A model generated the notes under the pieces. It did not search any database and was not told where the DNA came from. It worked only from the letters and a program-made list of their open reading frames with translations. The position numbers and the translations under genes are program-made. A DNA stretch of 64,000 bases from Octopus sinensis (taxonomy: Eukaryota), in the NCBI RefSeq assembly GCF_006345805.1, contig NC_043006.1:59024001-59088000 (forward strand), read 5' to 3'. Of this stretch, positions 1 to 13,157 are shown one piece after another (within the stretch, counting starts at the first letter, position 1; every line of letters begins with the position of its first letter).

Positions 1-550
1 ATAAATATATATATATACATACACATATATATACACTTATATATATATACATACATACACATACATACATACATTCATGTACATGTATAAACGTATATAT
101 ATATTCTTATATATGTGTATATATGTATGTATATATACATATAATACATATACACATATATATACACACATATATATATATGTATGAATGTATATATATA
201 GACACAACTCTCACAGAGATTTAAACAAGTTTTTTCCTCCATAAACACAGACACACACATATATATATATGCGTATATATATGCATATCTATATATTTAT
301 ATATATATGTATGCATATATGTATATATATGTATTACATAAATATGCAAACATATATATAAATATATGTATGTATATGTATGTGTATATATGTATATATA
401 TATATACATATATTTATGTATATATTATGTATATGTGTATATACATATTCTGAATGATTGATACAGAAGACAGAGCACACAGAAACACACACTGAGACAC
501 ACGCCTTTACATACACACTCATACACACAGGAAACACACACATGTGTGTG

Positions 551-608
<58 letters not shown>

Positions 609-763
609 TATATATATATATATATACGTGTGTAGTGCGCTTGAATTTGAGTGTATGTATTATATATAATATATACATATATATATATATAATATATAAT
701 AATATAATATATATATATATATATATATATTCTTGTGTATGTGCGCTTGAATTTGAGTGTATG

Positions 764-814
<51 letters not shown>

Positions 815-900
815 ATATATATATTATATATATTTAATATATATATATATATAGTTATGGAAGCACAGACACATATACATATATTTTGCATACTCCCCTA
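1..900. repeat. Compound (TA)n/(TACA)n/(CA)n microsatellite field
   Basis: Directly visible dinucleotide and tetranucleotide runs. Confidence 0.95.
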
Positions 901-1024
901 CACACATTTATATACGATATATATTTATATATATATTATATGTGAGGAGATCGCAGTGTTAATCTTGCTTCGATTCAACTGATCACGTTCACAACTAGCG
1001 ATTATATGCTATGTGAATGCTTAA

Positions 1025-1025
1025 A

Positions 1026-1103
<78 letters not shown>

Positions 1104-1125
1104 ATATATATATATATATATATTT
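1025..1125. repeat. (ATCT)n then (AT)n microsatellite
   Basis: Directly visible. Confidence 0.95.
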
Positions 1126-1654
1126 ATAAATACGTAGACATATGGACCTATATATGTGTATATATTTCAGTATATATATATATATATTTGAGGGCTAGAT
1201 TGAAGGAGGAGAAGAGGAGGAATGGAGAGAGGAGAACGTGAGAACTAAGTGATATAGAATTAAGCTCTGAAAGATGTGAGGAGCAATGAAGTAAAAGCCA
1301 AATACTCTCGGTCCAAAATTACTTCAGCCCTCACTTCTCCCTCTACAACTTAGCACTGGAACTTGAGCTCTGCGATGCTTTACTTTCCTTTCTTTCAGTC
1401 CGCATTCATCTGCTTTTTGTTACTTTCCCCCTCTTTTCTGCCGCTCCTTTCAAACAAATATTGTATATATCGTTACCATCCCGACTCAATTTTGATTACT
1501 GGTTGTAAACATGTTCGCAAAGCACAAAACAAGATTAACTTTGTAAAATAGTTGCAGCTAAAATGATATATAACATACGCCATTTCTGGAAGTATTCAAT
1601 ATCCTACTCTCTGTTCTGTATGTTAGAATGTTGACAACACCCACACAAGAATAT

Positions 1655-1672
1655 GTCTTTCTTTCCTTCTTC

Positions 1673-1706
<34 letters not shown>

Positions 1707-1747
1707 CTCTTTCTTTCTTTCTCCCTTTCCTTCTTTCTCCCTTTCCT

Positions 1748-1790
<43 letters not shown>
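1655..1790. repeat. (TTTC)n microsatellite
   Basis: Directly visible. Confidence 0.95.
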
Positions 1791-2200
1791 GCCTACCAAC
1801 CTATCTATCTCCCTCTTACTATCTGTGTATCTATCTGTCCTTTTACTTATATATTTATTTAACCAATAGTCTCGGTACAATAATGAATATCCCTTGTTCA
1901 TAATTTAGCAGGTTGACTAAGCCATTAAGGGCAAAACATGGGATCACTGTCAATTCGATATTATTAATAACTTTCTCAGTACGTAACTTACAAATTTCCA
2001 CTATCACTAAATGTATTTGTTGTTTTACAAGTTGAATAACATTACTAAATAACACATACATATATTAATTTTTAAAAGGAAACGATGACACTGCCTTCGA
2101 GGTTTCGGCTTATCAGCCAACATCCTGTGCTTTTTAATGCCGAAGTTTAATGTTAAATCGTTTCTATATAGTACTTCACAAATAACCAAATATAATGTAT

Positions 2201-2235
<35 letters not shown>

Positions 2236-2411
2236 CATTGTATATGTACATATATATATACATATATATTACATATATATTATATATACATATATATATA
2301 TATATATACATATATATATACATATAGATACAATATATATACATACATACATATATACATACATACACAAACGCAATCACACACACACATATATATATAC
2401 ACCTATATATA

Positions 2412-2622
2412 ACGGGAAGCTTTATGAAAATAAACAAAAGACGAAGGCAGGTGGAAAACAAACGAACAATTGTATTAGTATGGCGCTCAGGAAATATAAA
2501 TAAAACAAGTCTTTAACGTTTCGAGCCTACGCTCTTCAACAGAAAGATACACAGAGAGAGAAAAACACAGAAAGAAGGAGAGAAAAAAAAATGCGTGCAG
2601 TAGCTAACGAATCAACATGGCG
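2412..2622 (-). mobile_element. Short Penelope-like terminal-repeat element with hammerhead-like motif (copy 1)
   Basis: Minus strand CTGTTGAA-GAGC-GTAG-GCTC-GAAACGTT...GAGCGCC; homologous to 7392-7568 along its length; flanked on the left by TA microsatellite. Confidence 0.55.
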
Positions 2623-3802
2623 ATCGAATCCACGATCTCACAATCATGAGTTTTCACAGTTTAACAACTGAGCCATGCGCCTCCACACGCACATGCACAC
2701 ACACACACACACAAGCACACACATACACACACGCACACACACCTATATATATACACCTATATATATATAATATATATATACATATATATATACATATATG
2801 CATATATATACATATATGCAAATATATACATATATTAACATAGTATTGCTAACCAACCATAATAAACCTAGTGATGCTGGCGTTTCATGTTATGTAAACG
2901 GTTTATATAATTAATTTCTCTCGCTCTCCCTCTCTCTTTCTCTCAATCTATCTATCCTTCTATCTATCTATTTATAACTGAAATACACACTTATGTTCAC
3001 TTTGGCATCAAACTACACAGCATGAGACAATCTCTTTTAAAACTTTGATACTCTCATCTCAATGTTATACATTCATATGCATTCGTTGATCCAGTAAGAT
3101 GCGTTTCCATGATTTCAGAAATATTGCTTGGTTAACTTACTTAATCTGGAACGGAAATATACAAAAAAATGTTGCACTTACAAGTATAGTTACGCCATCT
3201 TTTTACATATATAATCTTTAAAGATACCGTTGATTGAATCTACGTTCGCTTCCCAATATATATATGCACACACAGGTATATATAGGTGGGGGGGGGAGTG
3301 AGCTGTAGCAATTGCCAAGTATGCATAGATAGAGAATCAGCTACGAATCAAGCACCGTACACTACCTTTCAAGATCATAAGTATAAGGAGATGAGGTAAT
3401 TATATTTGTTATTGAAACATTTTTTCTATTTCCGTTCCAGATGAAAAAAAATGAGAAAAAATACGTATGTATGTATGTATGTATGTATGTATGTATGTAT
3501 GTATGTATGTATGTATGTATGTACGTATGTATGTATGATGTATGTATGTATGTATGTATGCATGTATGTGTGTGTCTGAATGTGTGTGTAGATATATATG
3601 TCTGAGTGTGTGTATATATATGTATATATACATTTATGTGTATGCGTTTGTATGCATGACCTTGCTGCGTGTTCGTGTGTGTTCGAGTGCGTGGTACATT
3701 TATGTATATATATATATATACATATACACACATAGTACGTACATATATATATAAAGACGGAGAGTCCATCATACGTATATATATACATACATACACACAC
3801 AC

Positions 3803-3852
<50 letters not shown>

Positions 3853-4158
3853 AGGTGGACTCTCCCGTCGTTAGACGATGTATGAGGATTCAACAATTTC
3901 TTACCGGCACAAAACCACACGGATGATTTGTTTGTAGTGATCAAATGTTTGGGTACAAATAAGCTCACTCCCTCCATCAAATCGATATTACCTGTACAGG
4001 TGCAACGGGTGCCACATGTCAGATGTCGAAATGATCGCAGAGCAACGTGAAATGAAGTGCTTTGCTCAAGAACACAACGCAACACCCAGTCTGGGAATCG
4101 AATCCACGATCTCACAATCATGAGTTTTCACAGTTTAACAACTGAGCCATGCGCCTCC
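3853..4158 (-). mobile_element. tRNA-derived SINE (family S3a)
   Basis: Minus-strand head ggaggcgcatggctcagttgttaaac...gtggattcgattcccagac (A/B-box like); body shared with 46165-46390 and 60378-60652. Confidence 0.8.
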
Positions 4159-4231
4159 ACACGCACATGCACACACACACACACACATGCACACACATAC
4201 ACACACGCACACACACACTTACATATATATA

Positions 4232-4266
<35 letters not shown>

Positions 4267-4338
4267 TTATATACATGTACATACACAGACAAACAACACG
4301 CAAACTATTTCATAAACACGCGCTATTTCATAAATATT

Positions 4339-4630
4339 CGGTCACGACACTGACCATGGGATTACACCTAGAAAGTTACCCTCCTAGGCACAAGTCCGGG
4401 CAAGGTTGTTTATGGAAGACCAGCAGTCGCCCAAGCGTCCACTCTCCATGGGAATGGCAAAGGCCGATACAGCTTGGCACCTGTGACGTCGCAACTCATT
4501 TCTACAGCTGAGTGAACTGGAGCAACGTGAAATAAAGTGTCATGCTGAAGAACACAACAAGCAGCCCGGTCCGCGATTCGATCTCACAACCTCACGATCG
4601 TAAGCTCTAACCACTGAGCCATGCGCCTTC
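4339..4630 (-). mobile_element. tRNA-derived SINE (family S3b; head as S3a, different body)
   Basis: Head gaaggcgcatggctcagtggttagagc...gatcgaatc, followed by the core ttcacgttgctccagttcactcagctgtagaaatgag. Confidence 0.8.
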
Positions 4631-4631
4631 A

Positions 4632-4700
<69 letters not shown>

Positions 4701-4836
4701 TATACATCAATTTAACCGTTGACTTGGCGGAGGTACGACGATAATAGAGCTGACTGAAATTTTTTGCTATCATGCATGTATTAATTGTGTGATTCTTGTC
4801 GTGGCTTAGAAATATTTTGACTTCCATTTATAGTGA

Positions 4837-4878
<42 letters not shown>

Positions 4879-5104
4879 TATTATTATTATTATTATTGCT
4901 ATTATTATTTTGGCTGTACGGGTTGTTTTCACAGCCACTAACGATGGTACTTTTAATACTACTATCATTCTAATATTTATTCATACGTATACATCTATAT
5001 ACGTAAAAAGTTTATATGCACTTACATAAGAATATATAAAAAAAAATATATATATGATTTTTTACTGCGAATGGTTTTAAGCAGTGCCAATTTACAATTC
5101 TGTA

Positions 5105-5300
5105 AATAATAGTATTTTATAATCTTAAAGCAATTACTGAGTAACGACTAAAGAAAATAGTCTAATAATGGGAAACATAAGACTTCGACAGAAAAATTAG
5201 GTTTTCTGCCGAGGGCTTATATGTCCCATTATTAGACTATTTTCTTTAGTCATTGAGCAGTGATCACTATAAGATTTAAGCTTAAAAGATACTATTATCT
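5105..5300. repeat. Imperfect fold-back palindrome (MITE-like)
   Basis: 5146-5173 gactaaagaaaatagtctaataatggga is the perfect reverse complement of 5224-5251; pairing continues inward to a 6-nt loop and more loosely outward. Confidence 0.8.
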
Positions 5301-5364
5301 ATAGATATATATATATTGTCTGTACTTGATTATGTGTGTGTGTGTGTGTGTGTGTGTGTAAAGG

Positions 5365-5590
5365 AATGTGGACCGATGGTTAGGGAGTTCGGCTCACGAT
5401 TATAATTTCTGGACTCCGTTGAGGAAGAGACAACGCTTTACATCTTTATTCCTGGCGATTCAGCTGAGAATGCGTACCAGGCGAGTACTGCTGCAGTTCT
5501 CTTCCTCCAGCTGTTATATCTTGGATGCGCCGCTAGGGTCAAAGAATGGCAGAGTCTAGATGTCTTTGTCTGCCCGTGACTACATAGGAA
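5365..5590 (+). mobile_element. Degenerate tRNA-derived SINE
   Basis: gatggttagggagttcggctcacgat head and cagctgagaatgcgtacc core-like segment. Confidence 0.45.
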
Positions 5591-5667
5591 CTTAAAAGAA
5601 TTGGTGAAATCATATTACATGTTACTAATTATTACATGTTCTTGTGTGATTGTTTTTTTTTACAAAT

Positions 5668-5708
<41 letters not shown>

Positions 5709-6098
5709 ATCTCTTTCTCTCTTTCTTTCCCTATATATATATATATATATATGCATGTTTATATGTGTGTGTGATTGTAATTATATATGAATACATATAT
5801 AATTTTAGAATTATATTATGCACATGGGAATATCTATATCATCATAGTTTATATACTTAAGTAAATATGTATGCATATATATTATATTTTATATGCATAT
5901 ATATATATAAATACATATATATATATATATATATATAATATATATATGAGTTGATAAATGCATATTTTCATATATATGACCATATTTATTCGTATATTCT
6001 TTTTCATCAAGCGGGCGCAACCACGGTGAGTGTATTTTACATGTATTCATACATACATACATACATACTTACTTACACACATTATATATATATATATT

Positions 6099-6132
<34 letters not shown>

Positions 6133-6134
<2 letters not shown>

Positions 6135-6331
6135 GTCAAAACAGAACGACGCGAGGACGTGGAACAAGTATAGTGTTATTAGACGTTCAGGAAAGGAAGA
6201 GAAAGAAAGAAGGAGGATTTAACGTTTCGAGTGGAGCTCTTCCTCGGAAATATAGAAAAAAAAAGGAAAAGTCCCAAAAAAGGAAAGAGAATGAGAGAAA
6301 GAAAATCGCCAAACGATACAAACGCGGTCAC

Positions 6332-6332
<1 letters not shown>
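6133..6332 (-). mobile_element. Short Penelope-like terminal-repeat element with hammerhead-like motif (related subfamily)
   Basis: Minus strand CCGAGGAA-GAG-CTCCA-CTC-GAAACGTT...AACGTC: stem II, GAAA, stem III (ACGTT/AACGT) and a GTC triplet; embedded in TA microsatellite. Confidence 0.5.
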
Positions 6333-6391
<59 letters not shown>

Positions 6392-6418
6392 TATATATAT
6401 ATACACATGTGTGTATCA

Positions 6419-6474
<56 letters not shown>

Positions 6475-6977
6475 CGATTTTCACTGCAATTGAATCAGCT
6501 TCACTTAGTATTATGGAAATCTTTCTCGCTGACCAAGTAATCCATTGATAATATTCTTCAATGGAATATATTGCGAACCTTATCGACAGTTCTATAACCA
6601 GGTAAGCTCCGTATATTCACAATATATACATGCATGACTTTTTTGTTTTAAATTGCATTTATGTCTCCCGAGTATGAATCAGTATGTATTGCTACGCACA
6701 CATATGCACACGCGCGTGTATATCTACCAACAAACACACACACACACACACTCACACACGTAGGGACGGACACACTCGCACGGACACATACATATATGCA
6801 TATGGAAATATATCGGCATAAGTTTTTTTGTATATATTATGATTAAATGATATATAAGGAAAGAGAGTTAATATCCATTTGCTTAATGAAGATCTGTATA
6901 CTCTAGCTTTGCAGGACGAAACAAGGGTCGGTTCATTTTTCATTCTAAGCTACTTTGTATTTCCATAACGAAATTGC

Positions 6978-7317
6978 TATGGCTGTGTGGTAAGAAGCTT
7001 GCTTCCCATCCCGATGGTTCCGGTTTTAGTGCCACTGCGTGACACCTTGGGGAAGTGACCTTTATCTAGCCTCGGGCTGACTAAAGCCTTGTGAGTGAAT
7101 CTGGTATACGGAAACTGAAACAAGCCCGGCATATATATACATATATATAGACACATATTTATATGAGTGTGTCGTTGTGTCTGTGTTCGTTCCCCCACTA
7201 TCGCTTGACAACCGATGTTGGTGCGTCTGTGTCTCCGTAACCTAGCAGTTCGGCAAATGATTGGGATAGAATTAGTACTAGGCTTACAACAATAAGACCT
7301 GTGGTCGACTTCTTCAA
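6978..7317 (+). mobile_element. tRNA-derived SINE (family S1) with internal microsatellite
   Basis: ggctgtgtggtaagaagcttgcttccc...ccactgcgtgacaccttggg...aaagccttgtgagtg...cgcttgacaaccgatgttgg; at least 10 copies in the window. Confidence 0.9.
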
Positions 7318-7391
7318 ATATATATATATAATATATATAATCTAATATATATATATATATATATATAATATATATTATATATACAATATAT

Positions 7392-7568
7392 AGGGGGAGT
7401 TTACGAAAAAAACAAAAGACGAAGACAGGTGGTGTGCAAAACAAACAGATGTATTAGTATAACGCTCATGAATAGAAAAAGTCTTTTACGTTTCGAGCCT
7501 ACGCTCTTCTACAGAAAGGGACACAGAAAAAAACAAGGAGAGAAAAAAATGTGTGTAGTGGCTAACGA
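7392..7568 (-). mobile_element. Short Penelope-like terminal-repeat element with hammerhead-like motif (copy 2)
   Basis: Minus strand CTGTAGAA-GAGC-GTAG-GCTC-GAAACGTA...GAGCGTT; homologous to 2412-2622; flanked on both sides by (TA)n. Confidence 0.55.
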
Positions 7569-8029
7569 TATATATATGACTTGCTTGTTTTGTTTGTTTA
7601 ACTAACAAAAATCGTGTTTCTTAAGAAAATGAGAGTGCGGGTTACACAGATTAAATTTAAAAATTAGACAAGATTTCCGTCTGAAACAATAAGCTCTCGA
7701 TAAGATCAACTAGAGAAGTGGATTGGTGCAATTGATGCAGTATTGGATCAAATGCCTTAAGGTGTTTGTTCAAGCTTTTTACGCTCTGAGTTAGCCTGTG
7801 GCGGTACTGGTGTAGAGTTGTGTCTGACTTAGTGCTTCCTTTAGACAACATCAGAGACGTAACAAGAGGAAACTTACCACATGGGTAGTCACTTATATTT
7901 TGTACAAAAATAATTATATAAAATTTACTTAGATGCGGATCCTTAAACAAGCCTGACTGATTGAGGTATGAAGACTACATAGACATAATGATATCAACCA
8001 TATGGAGAAAAAGTCTGAAAATAGGACAT

Positions 8030-8800
8030 ATTGAATATAGAATTAGAGAAAAATGGGTGGAGAAGAACAGAAAAGAAGGAATGATAATGTTACTGAAATA
8101 ATCCATTTGAAATTATTTAGAATAAGGAAGAATGACTAAAAGTAACTTCAACACCATTTCCGAATTATATTGAGTCTAAGAACATTAACGTTCTGAGAGT
8201 TTTGACATCAATGAAACCATGCAATAGAAAATAAATAAGTTATGGCAACTTAGGAAAAACCAACATTAAAGTATTTGATATTTTAGTATCTTCAGAACTT
8301 CGAAGCTTAAAAGGATGGGAAGGGGGATACGGTGAATCATGGGGACCTCAAGCTTGAGATTGGAACAAATACTTCTTTGATAATAAAATATTTCAAGTTC
8401 CACAGAGATGATACCACAGAGAGAGCTGTTTCCGGTTAGAACTTTACAAATGAACTCTGGTATATGAGACAGATTGTTAGCTTAGGTAGAGATTAAAAGT
8501 AGGAGAAATATGTAAAAAGCTTTCTTTAGAATTACGCTATTGAATATAATATTAAATATTTAAAGAAAATGTGAGGCAAAAGCCGTGGGAAATTGTGCAG
8601 AAAGATATTGGTTGCTAATTGGTTATTTGTTTGCCATTCGACCACGTCTGCGAAGATGCCAGTGTTATAATTTACATAATGTCCAGGTTAATTCAAAGAA
8701 AGACAAGTCTTTTATGAGAATGTTAAAGTCTTGTTTGATATCTTGTACTAAGTAAAAGCCCGGTATTCATTCTTCTTTCTTATTTCCAATTCCAGTAAGA
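8030..8800 (+). mobile_element. Highly decayed R4/Dong-type LINE endonuclease-region fragments
   Basis: Broken frames resembling RHDNV..IHW and ENVKVLFD of the RLE domain; many stops. Confidence 0.35.
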
Positions 8801-8974
8801 TTTTCACAAGCTGCTATCAACAAGCAATATTGATATGAATTTTGAGGGATGATTTTAACGAGTCTCTGGAGCGAAGTGCTACGTAAGAAACAATAACAAC
8901 GACAGCGACAACAACTATAACAACAACAAAATAGTCACAAAACCTCAAGATAACAACCAATAGTAATAATAATA

Positions 8975-9013
<39 letters not shown>

Positions 9014-9049
9014 GAAGAAGAAGAAGAAGAAGAAGGAGAAGAAGAAATA

Positions 9050-9684
9050 GGCAAAGCAAAATCCCAGCAATGTAATGGAGAAGAAATAATAAATCATATT
9101 GTCTCTGGCTACCGAGTCCTGGCTAAGAAGGAATATATTCACAGACACGACATAGTTGGGTTCTATATACACTGGAATAACAGGAGAAAAACAATGGTAT
9201 AGTCACATCTCAGAAAATGAGAAAGCAACCACACTCTGGGATATGCCAATACACACAGATAGAGAAATTAAGGCCAACAGATCGGATATAGTTGTCAGAG
9301 ATCATAAAAAAAACCCATGCTTTCTAATCGATGTATCTATACCAACAGATGACAATGTTTCTCTAAAAGAAATGGAGAAACTTTCAAAATACAAAAATCT
9401 GGAAACAGAGGTAACTGGAATCATAAAAATCGAAACAATTCCTATTGCAGTAGGCACATTTGGCATGATAAAAAAACATTCAGCCAAATACATAACAAAA
9501 ACACCAGGACTTACAAGTATTTGTAACATACAGAAAATAGCACTGCTAGGCACCGCACACACTGTACATAAAACACTTTAAATACAGTAAAAATAAGAGC
9601 ACCACAACAAACCACAGCACATACCTAAGGCATACAGAGCTGCGCTTGGTAGTGCAGTGAAAGCACGTGATGAAAACAAGACTA

Positions 9685-9690
<6 letters not shown>
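9050..9690 (+). mobile_element. 5'-truncated R4/Dong-clade non-LTR retrotransposon (CCHC knuckle remnant, restriction-like endonuclease, 3' UTR) flanked by (AAT)n
   Basis: ORF 9156-9581 has LWDMPIHTDREIKANRSDIVV, LIDVSIPTDDNVSLKEMEKLSKY and QKIALLGTAH. Upstream E-IINHIVSG...LAKKEYIHRHD. (AAT)n at 8960-9010 and 9686-9755. Near-identical to 57991-58685. Confidence 0.9.
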
Positions 9691-9759
<69 letters not shown>

Positions 9760-9774
9760 AACAACAATAACAAA

Positions 9775-9960
9775 AGTTTTAAATTTTGGCAAAAGCCAGT
9801 AATTTCATGGGATGGGGTAAGTCGATCACATTGACTCTAGTGCTCAATTGGTACTTATTTTATCGACTCCGAAAGGATGAAAGGAAAAGTGGACCTTGGC
9901 GGAATTTGAACTCAGATCGTAAAACCAGACGAAATGTCGCTAAGCATGTCCGGTGTGCTA
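9775..9960 (-). mobile_element. tRNA-derived SINE (family S2)
   Basis: Minus strand ctgagttcaaattccgccaaggtccacttttcctttcatcctttcggagtcgataaaataagtacc; about 12 copies in the window. Confidence 0.85.
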
Positions 9961-10799
9961 AATATTGATCATAGTGTGAATAATAATTTGCGAAGTCACT
10001 GGCATTGACAGCGTCTTGGTTCACTCTGTTGTAAACATTTGAATGAAATATCTGGTCTGCAGATAAATTTCCTGTCGTCATTCTCAACGATAGACGAGCT
10101 AGATAGATGAGCAACACAAATTTGCAGAACATACTCGAACTCTACTTTTGTGTCTAAGATCATTGACACTTCCTTTCCTCCTTGTAGTAAACCATAACAA
10201 TATAAGTACTAGAGTTGAATAAGTACCTCACCGTGTTGGGTGCAATCATTCAAAAGGTCACCCCCCCTCCACCAGAAAACTTTTATCCAAGAACATCCAT
10301 AAATCACACAGGAAGTTATATGGTGGAAATAACCTATAGATATGACACATCCCACGATATCTGGAGGTCATCAAGTTGCACTTACAATAAAGTTGTGTGA
10401 ATTACTGTCTCGTTCAAATTATAATTCCTTTTTTATAAACAGCCGATAGTATTGTCGGTTGTTAGATTGATTGATTTCTCTAGTCACATTATATATCGCA
10501 TCGAGAGAAGAGGGGAGAAGGTAAAAAAGAAATGGTGAGAGAATTAACGTAAATGGTTCAGGCTGAGTGCATATATTAGGCTTGGTGGCAGGACAAGGAG
10601 AGAAGGGAGTAAATGGTAGAATATTTATAGGAGGAGTCATACAAATAGGAAATGTGCTTTATTTAAGTTTATTTAAAGGCAATTAATATTTTTCTTTTGA
10701 AAATTACTATTCATTTCCTCATGTTGTATAAAGATCAAGAAATTTATTAAAATGTAAAATTATAAACTGTGTGTCTACCTTATACTTTTTTATATGTAC

Positions 10800-10945
10800 G
10801 TGGAATACTTTGAGAATTTGGCTTTCAGATCAACACCACTAAAACCAACACTATGGCTACGATATGTTGATGACACCTTTATACTCTAGCCCCACCAGGA
10901 AGATGTCCAAGTGCTGTTAGATCATGTGAACTCAATAAAGCCAAT
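10800..10945 (+). mobile_element. Penelope-like reverse transcriptase fragment (YVDD motif)
   Basis: My translation: VEYFENLAFRSTPLKPTLWLRYVDDTFIL*PHQEDVQVLLDHVNSIKP, the typical PLE W.RYVDDTF..W...L..LN pattern, with one stop. Confidence 0.8.
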
Positions 10946-11569
10946 GACCTGAACAATAATAATAATAACATCGAAAAATACCTTAGGAATGAGAACGCAT
11001 GTTCGAAATTTCCCCCAAGACACCTGATGCAGGCTGGAGGGTATATCAGCGAAACGTTGTGTTAACAAAAAACAAGATGAGGACAAATATCCGTCAAATG
11101 TAAATAGTGTAAATAATGTACAAAAACCTGATTGTTTAATAGTGACGATCTGTTGGGTTACATAGTAAGTCATGAGATGAGTCAATAGACAATTATAAAA
11201 CAAAGCGTATAATATAAGGGTACTAGTGATGAATTACATTGTACTTGCCTGAACAAAAGGGTTCAAGAAAATAGGATTGAGAGAAAAACCTCAGTACTAA
11301 TGCCATGAACGTTGAGACCAATGGTGGAATCTAGGAGTCTGTGATGTTTCCCCGTATACTAAAATCCTGAAGTAAGGCAAGAGATCAGCTCCGAGAATGG
11401 GAGCCAGAAATTTAGCAATTATGAAAACTCTCTGAAACACTGTCCTAAGATCAAAATCTAGGGTAACCGATTTCTTTCCGAAGGCAGCAGTCAGAGAATG
11501 GTTAACAACTTGGAGAAAAACTGTCGATGGATTCTTATTACCGGCTGCCAAATACTTGGTAGGATGCTA

Positions 11570-11608
<39 letters not shown>

Positions 11609-11845
11609 AAAAAGGGTGAAATATAATTAATTTAATAAAATTAATAAATTTCACCTAGTAGATTTATCGGTATGGAAAAGACCATATTTGGTAAGAATTA
11701 TATTCTTTTTACCATATACGGGTTACAATTCTGTTTGTTTGTGGAGACGTTTTTATTAGTAGGAGAAATAGTGATCAATTGGCTGCTATTTCTAATAATT
11801 TTCGGTATGTGGTTTTGAGGTAACTTGTTGCAATTAACCCTGATA

Positions 11846-11919
<74 letters not shown>

Positions 11920-12209
11920 GTTCTCAATACCTTTGCATTGATTTTTTAATGTCTTTACCCCCATACTTTCGTGAGTTGAATTGAGCAAACACTATATGAG
12001 AGAGATCTTCTTTAAGTATTAGAAATAGTTTTAAAAAAGTTTTTTTAGCTACTATTTCTAATGAGTTCAGTATGTGGCAAAGTAATTTATTTTACTAAGC
12101 CCTTTTATATAATGTAATAATTTGAATTCGCCTTAAATGGTCCCTTTACATACTGAATATTTGGTGAAATTGATTAATAATAATTAATTTTACCCTCAAT
12201 TGTTGAAAT

Positions 12210-12265
<56 letters not shown>

Positions 12266-13157
12266 ATGTATATATATTTATATATATATTCTATTTATAT
12301 CTATATTTATATTATATTATATATATTTATATTCATATCTATATATATATAATATAATATATATTTATATATATATATAAATACATATATATATAAATAA
12401 TGTAATATATATTTATATACATAAATATATATAATATTTATATATCTATATAATATTTATATATTTATATATATAATGTATATATATAAATATATTTTAT
12501 ATATATGTATATATATATTTATATATGTCTATATATATAAATACATATGTATATATCTAATATATATAAATGTGTATTATGTAATATAATTTTATATATA
12601 TGTATATATATATAAATAAATATATATATAAATATCTATCTATATATATATATATATATATAATATCTATATATATATATTATATATACTATATATATGT
12701 ATATATATGCCTTAGTGTCCACGAAGTCATGAGCACCACTTGATCGGTCACTACTGTAGAAGTGGTGACAACGTTGCGAGGGTGAATTAGGTGCAATCAT
12801 TGCATCAATTCCTAACAATACAGTTTCCTGGAAAGGAAGAGTAGACGCGTGTGAAAAATAGGAAGAAAGGAACGAAGCAGTGTAAAGCGGGGGCCAATAT
12901 AAAACAAATTGATAACCTCTCTAGCCACAAAAATAAAATAAACTGCAACGAATACAAAGGAAAGATAGGCTACACATAGAAAGAAGATACATATACTGAA
13001 CAGCTTTTTAAAAACAGAATAATATGCAGAAAGAATATCTTGTAAAGAGCATTCCATAAGAATAATCTACAAAGAACGCCTTGTAAATTCTGAGAAAAAC
13101 TATAGATATCATAAACTCGGTTCCTTAAACTATGTAGAGAATATATAGGGTACGTTT

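Noticed and set aside
2085-2125. Minus-strand GGCT-GATA-AGCC-GAAAC hairpin resembling hammerhead stem II
   Set aside because: The CUGANGA core and stem III are not recognisable; an isolated remnant at best.
7657-7950. 97-aa ORF faintly resembling a Penelope N-terminal region
   Set aside because: No diagnostic motif.
12711-12827. Exon-like segment on the minus strand: strong polypyrimidine tract and CAG acceptor, 117 nt open (ETVLLGIDAMIAPNSPSQRCHHFYSSDRSSGAHDFVDTK)
   Set aside because: It is open only in phase 0 whereas CACNG exon 1 ends in phase 1, the peptide has no CACNG similarity, and the only donor is a weak AAG|GCATAT. RNA-seq junctions would be needed to revive it.
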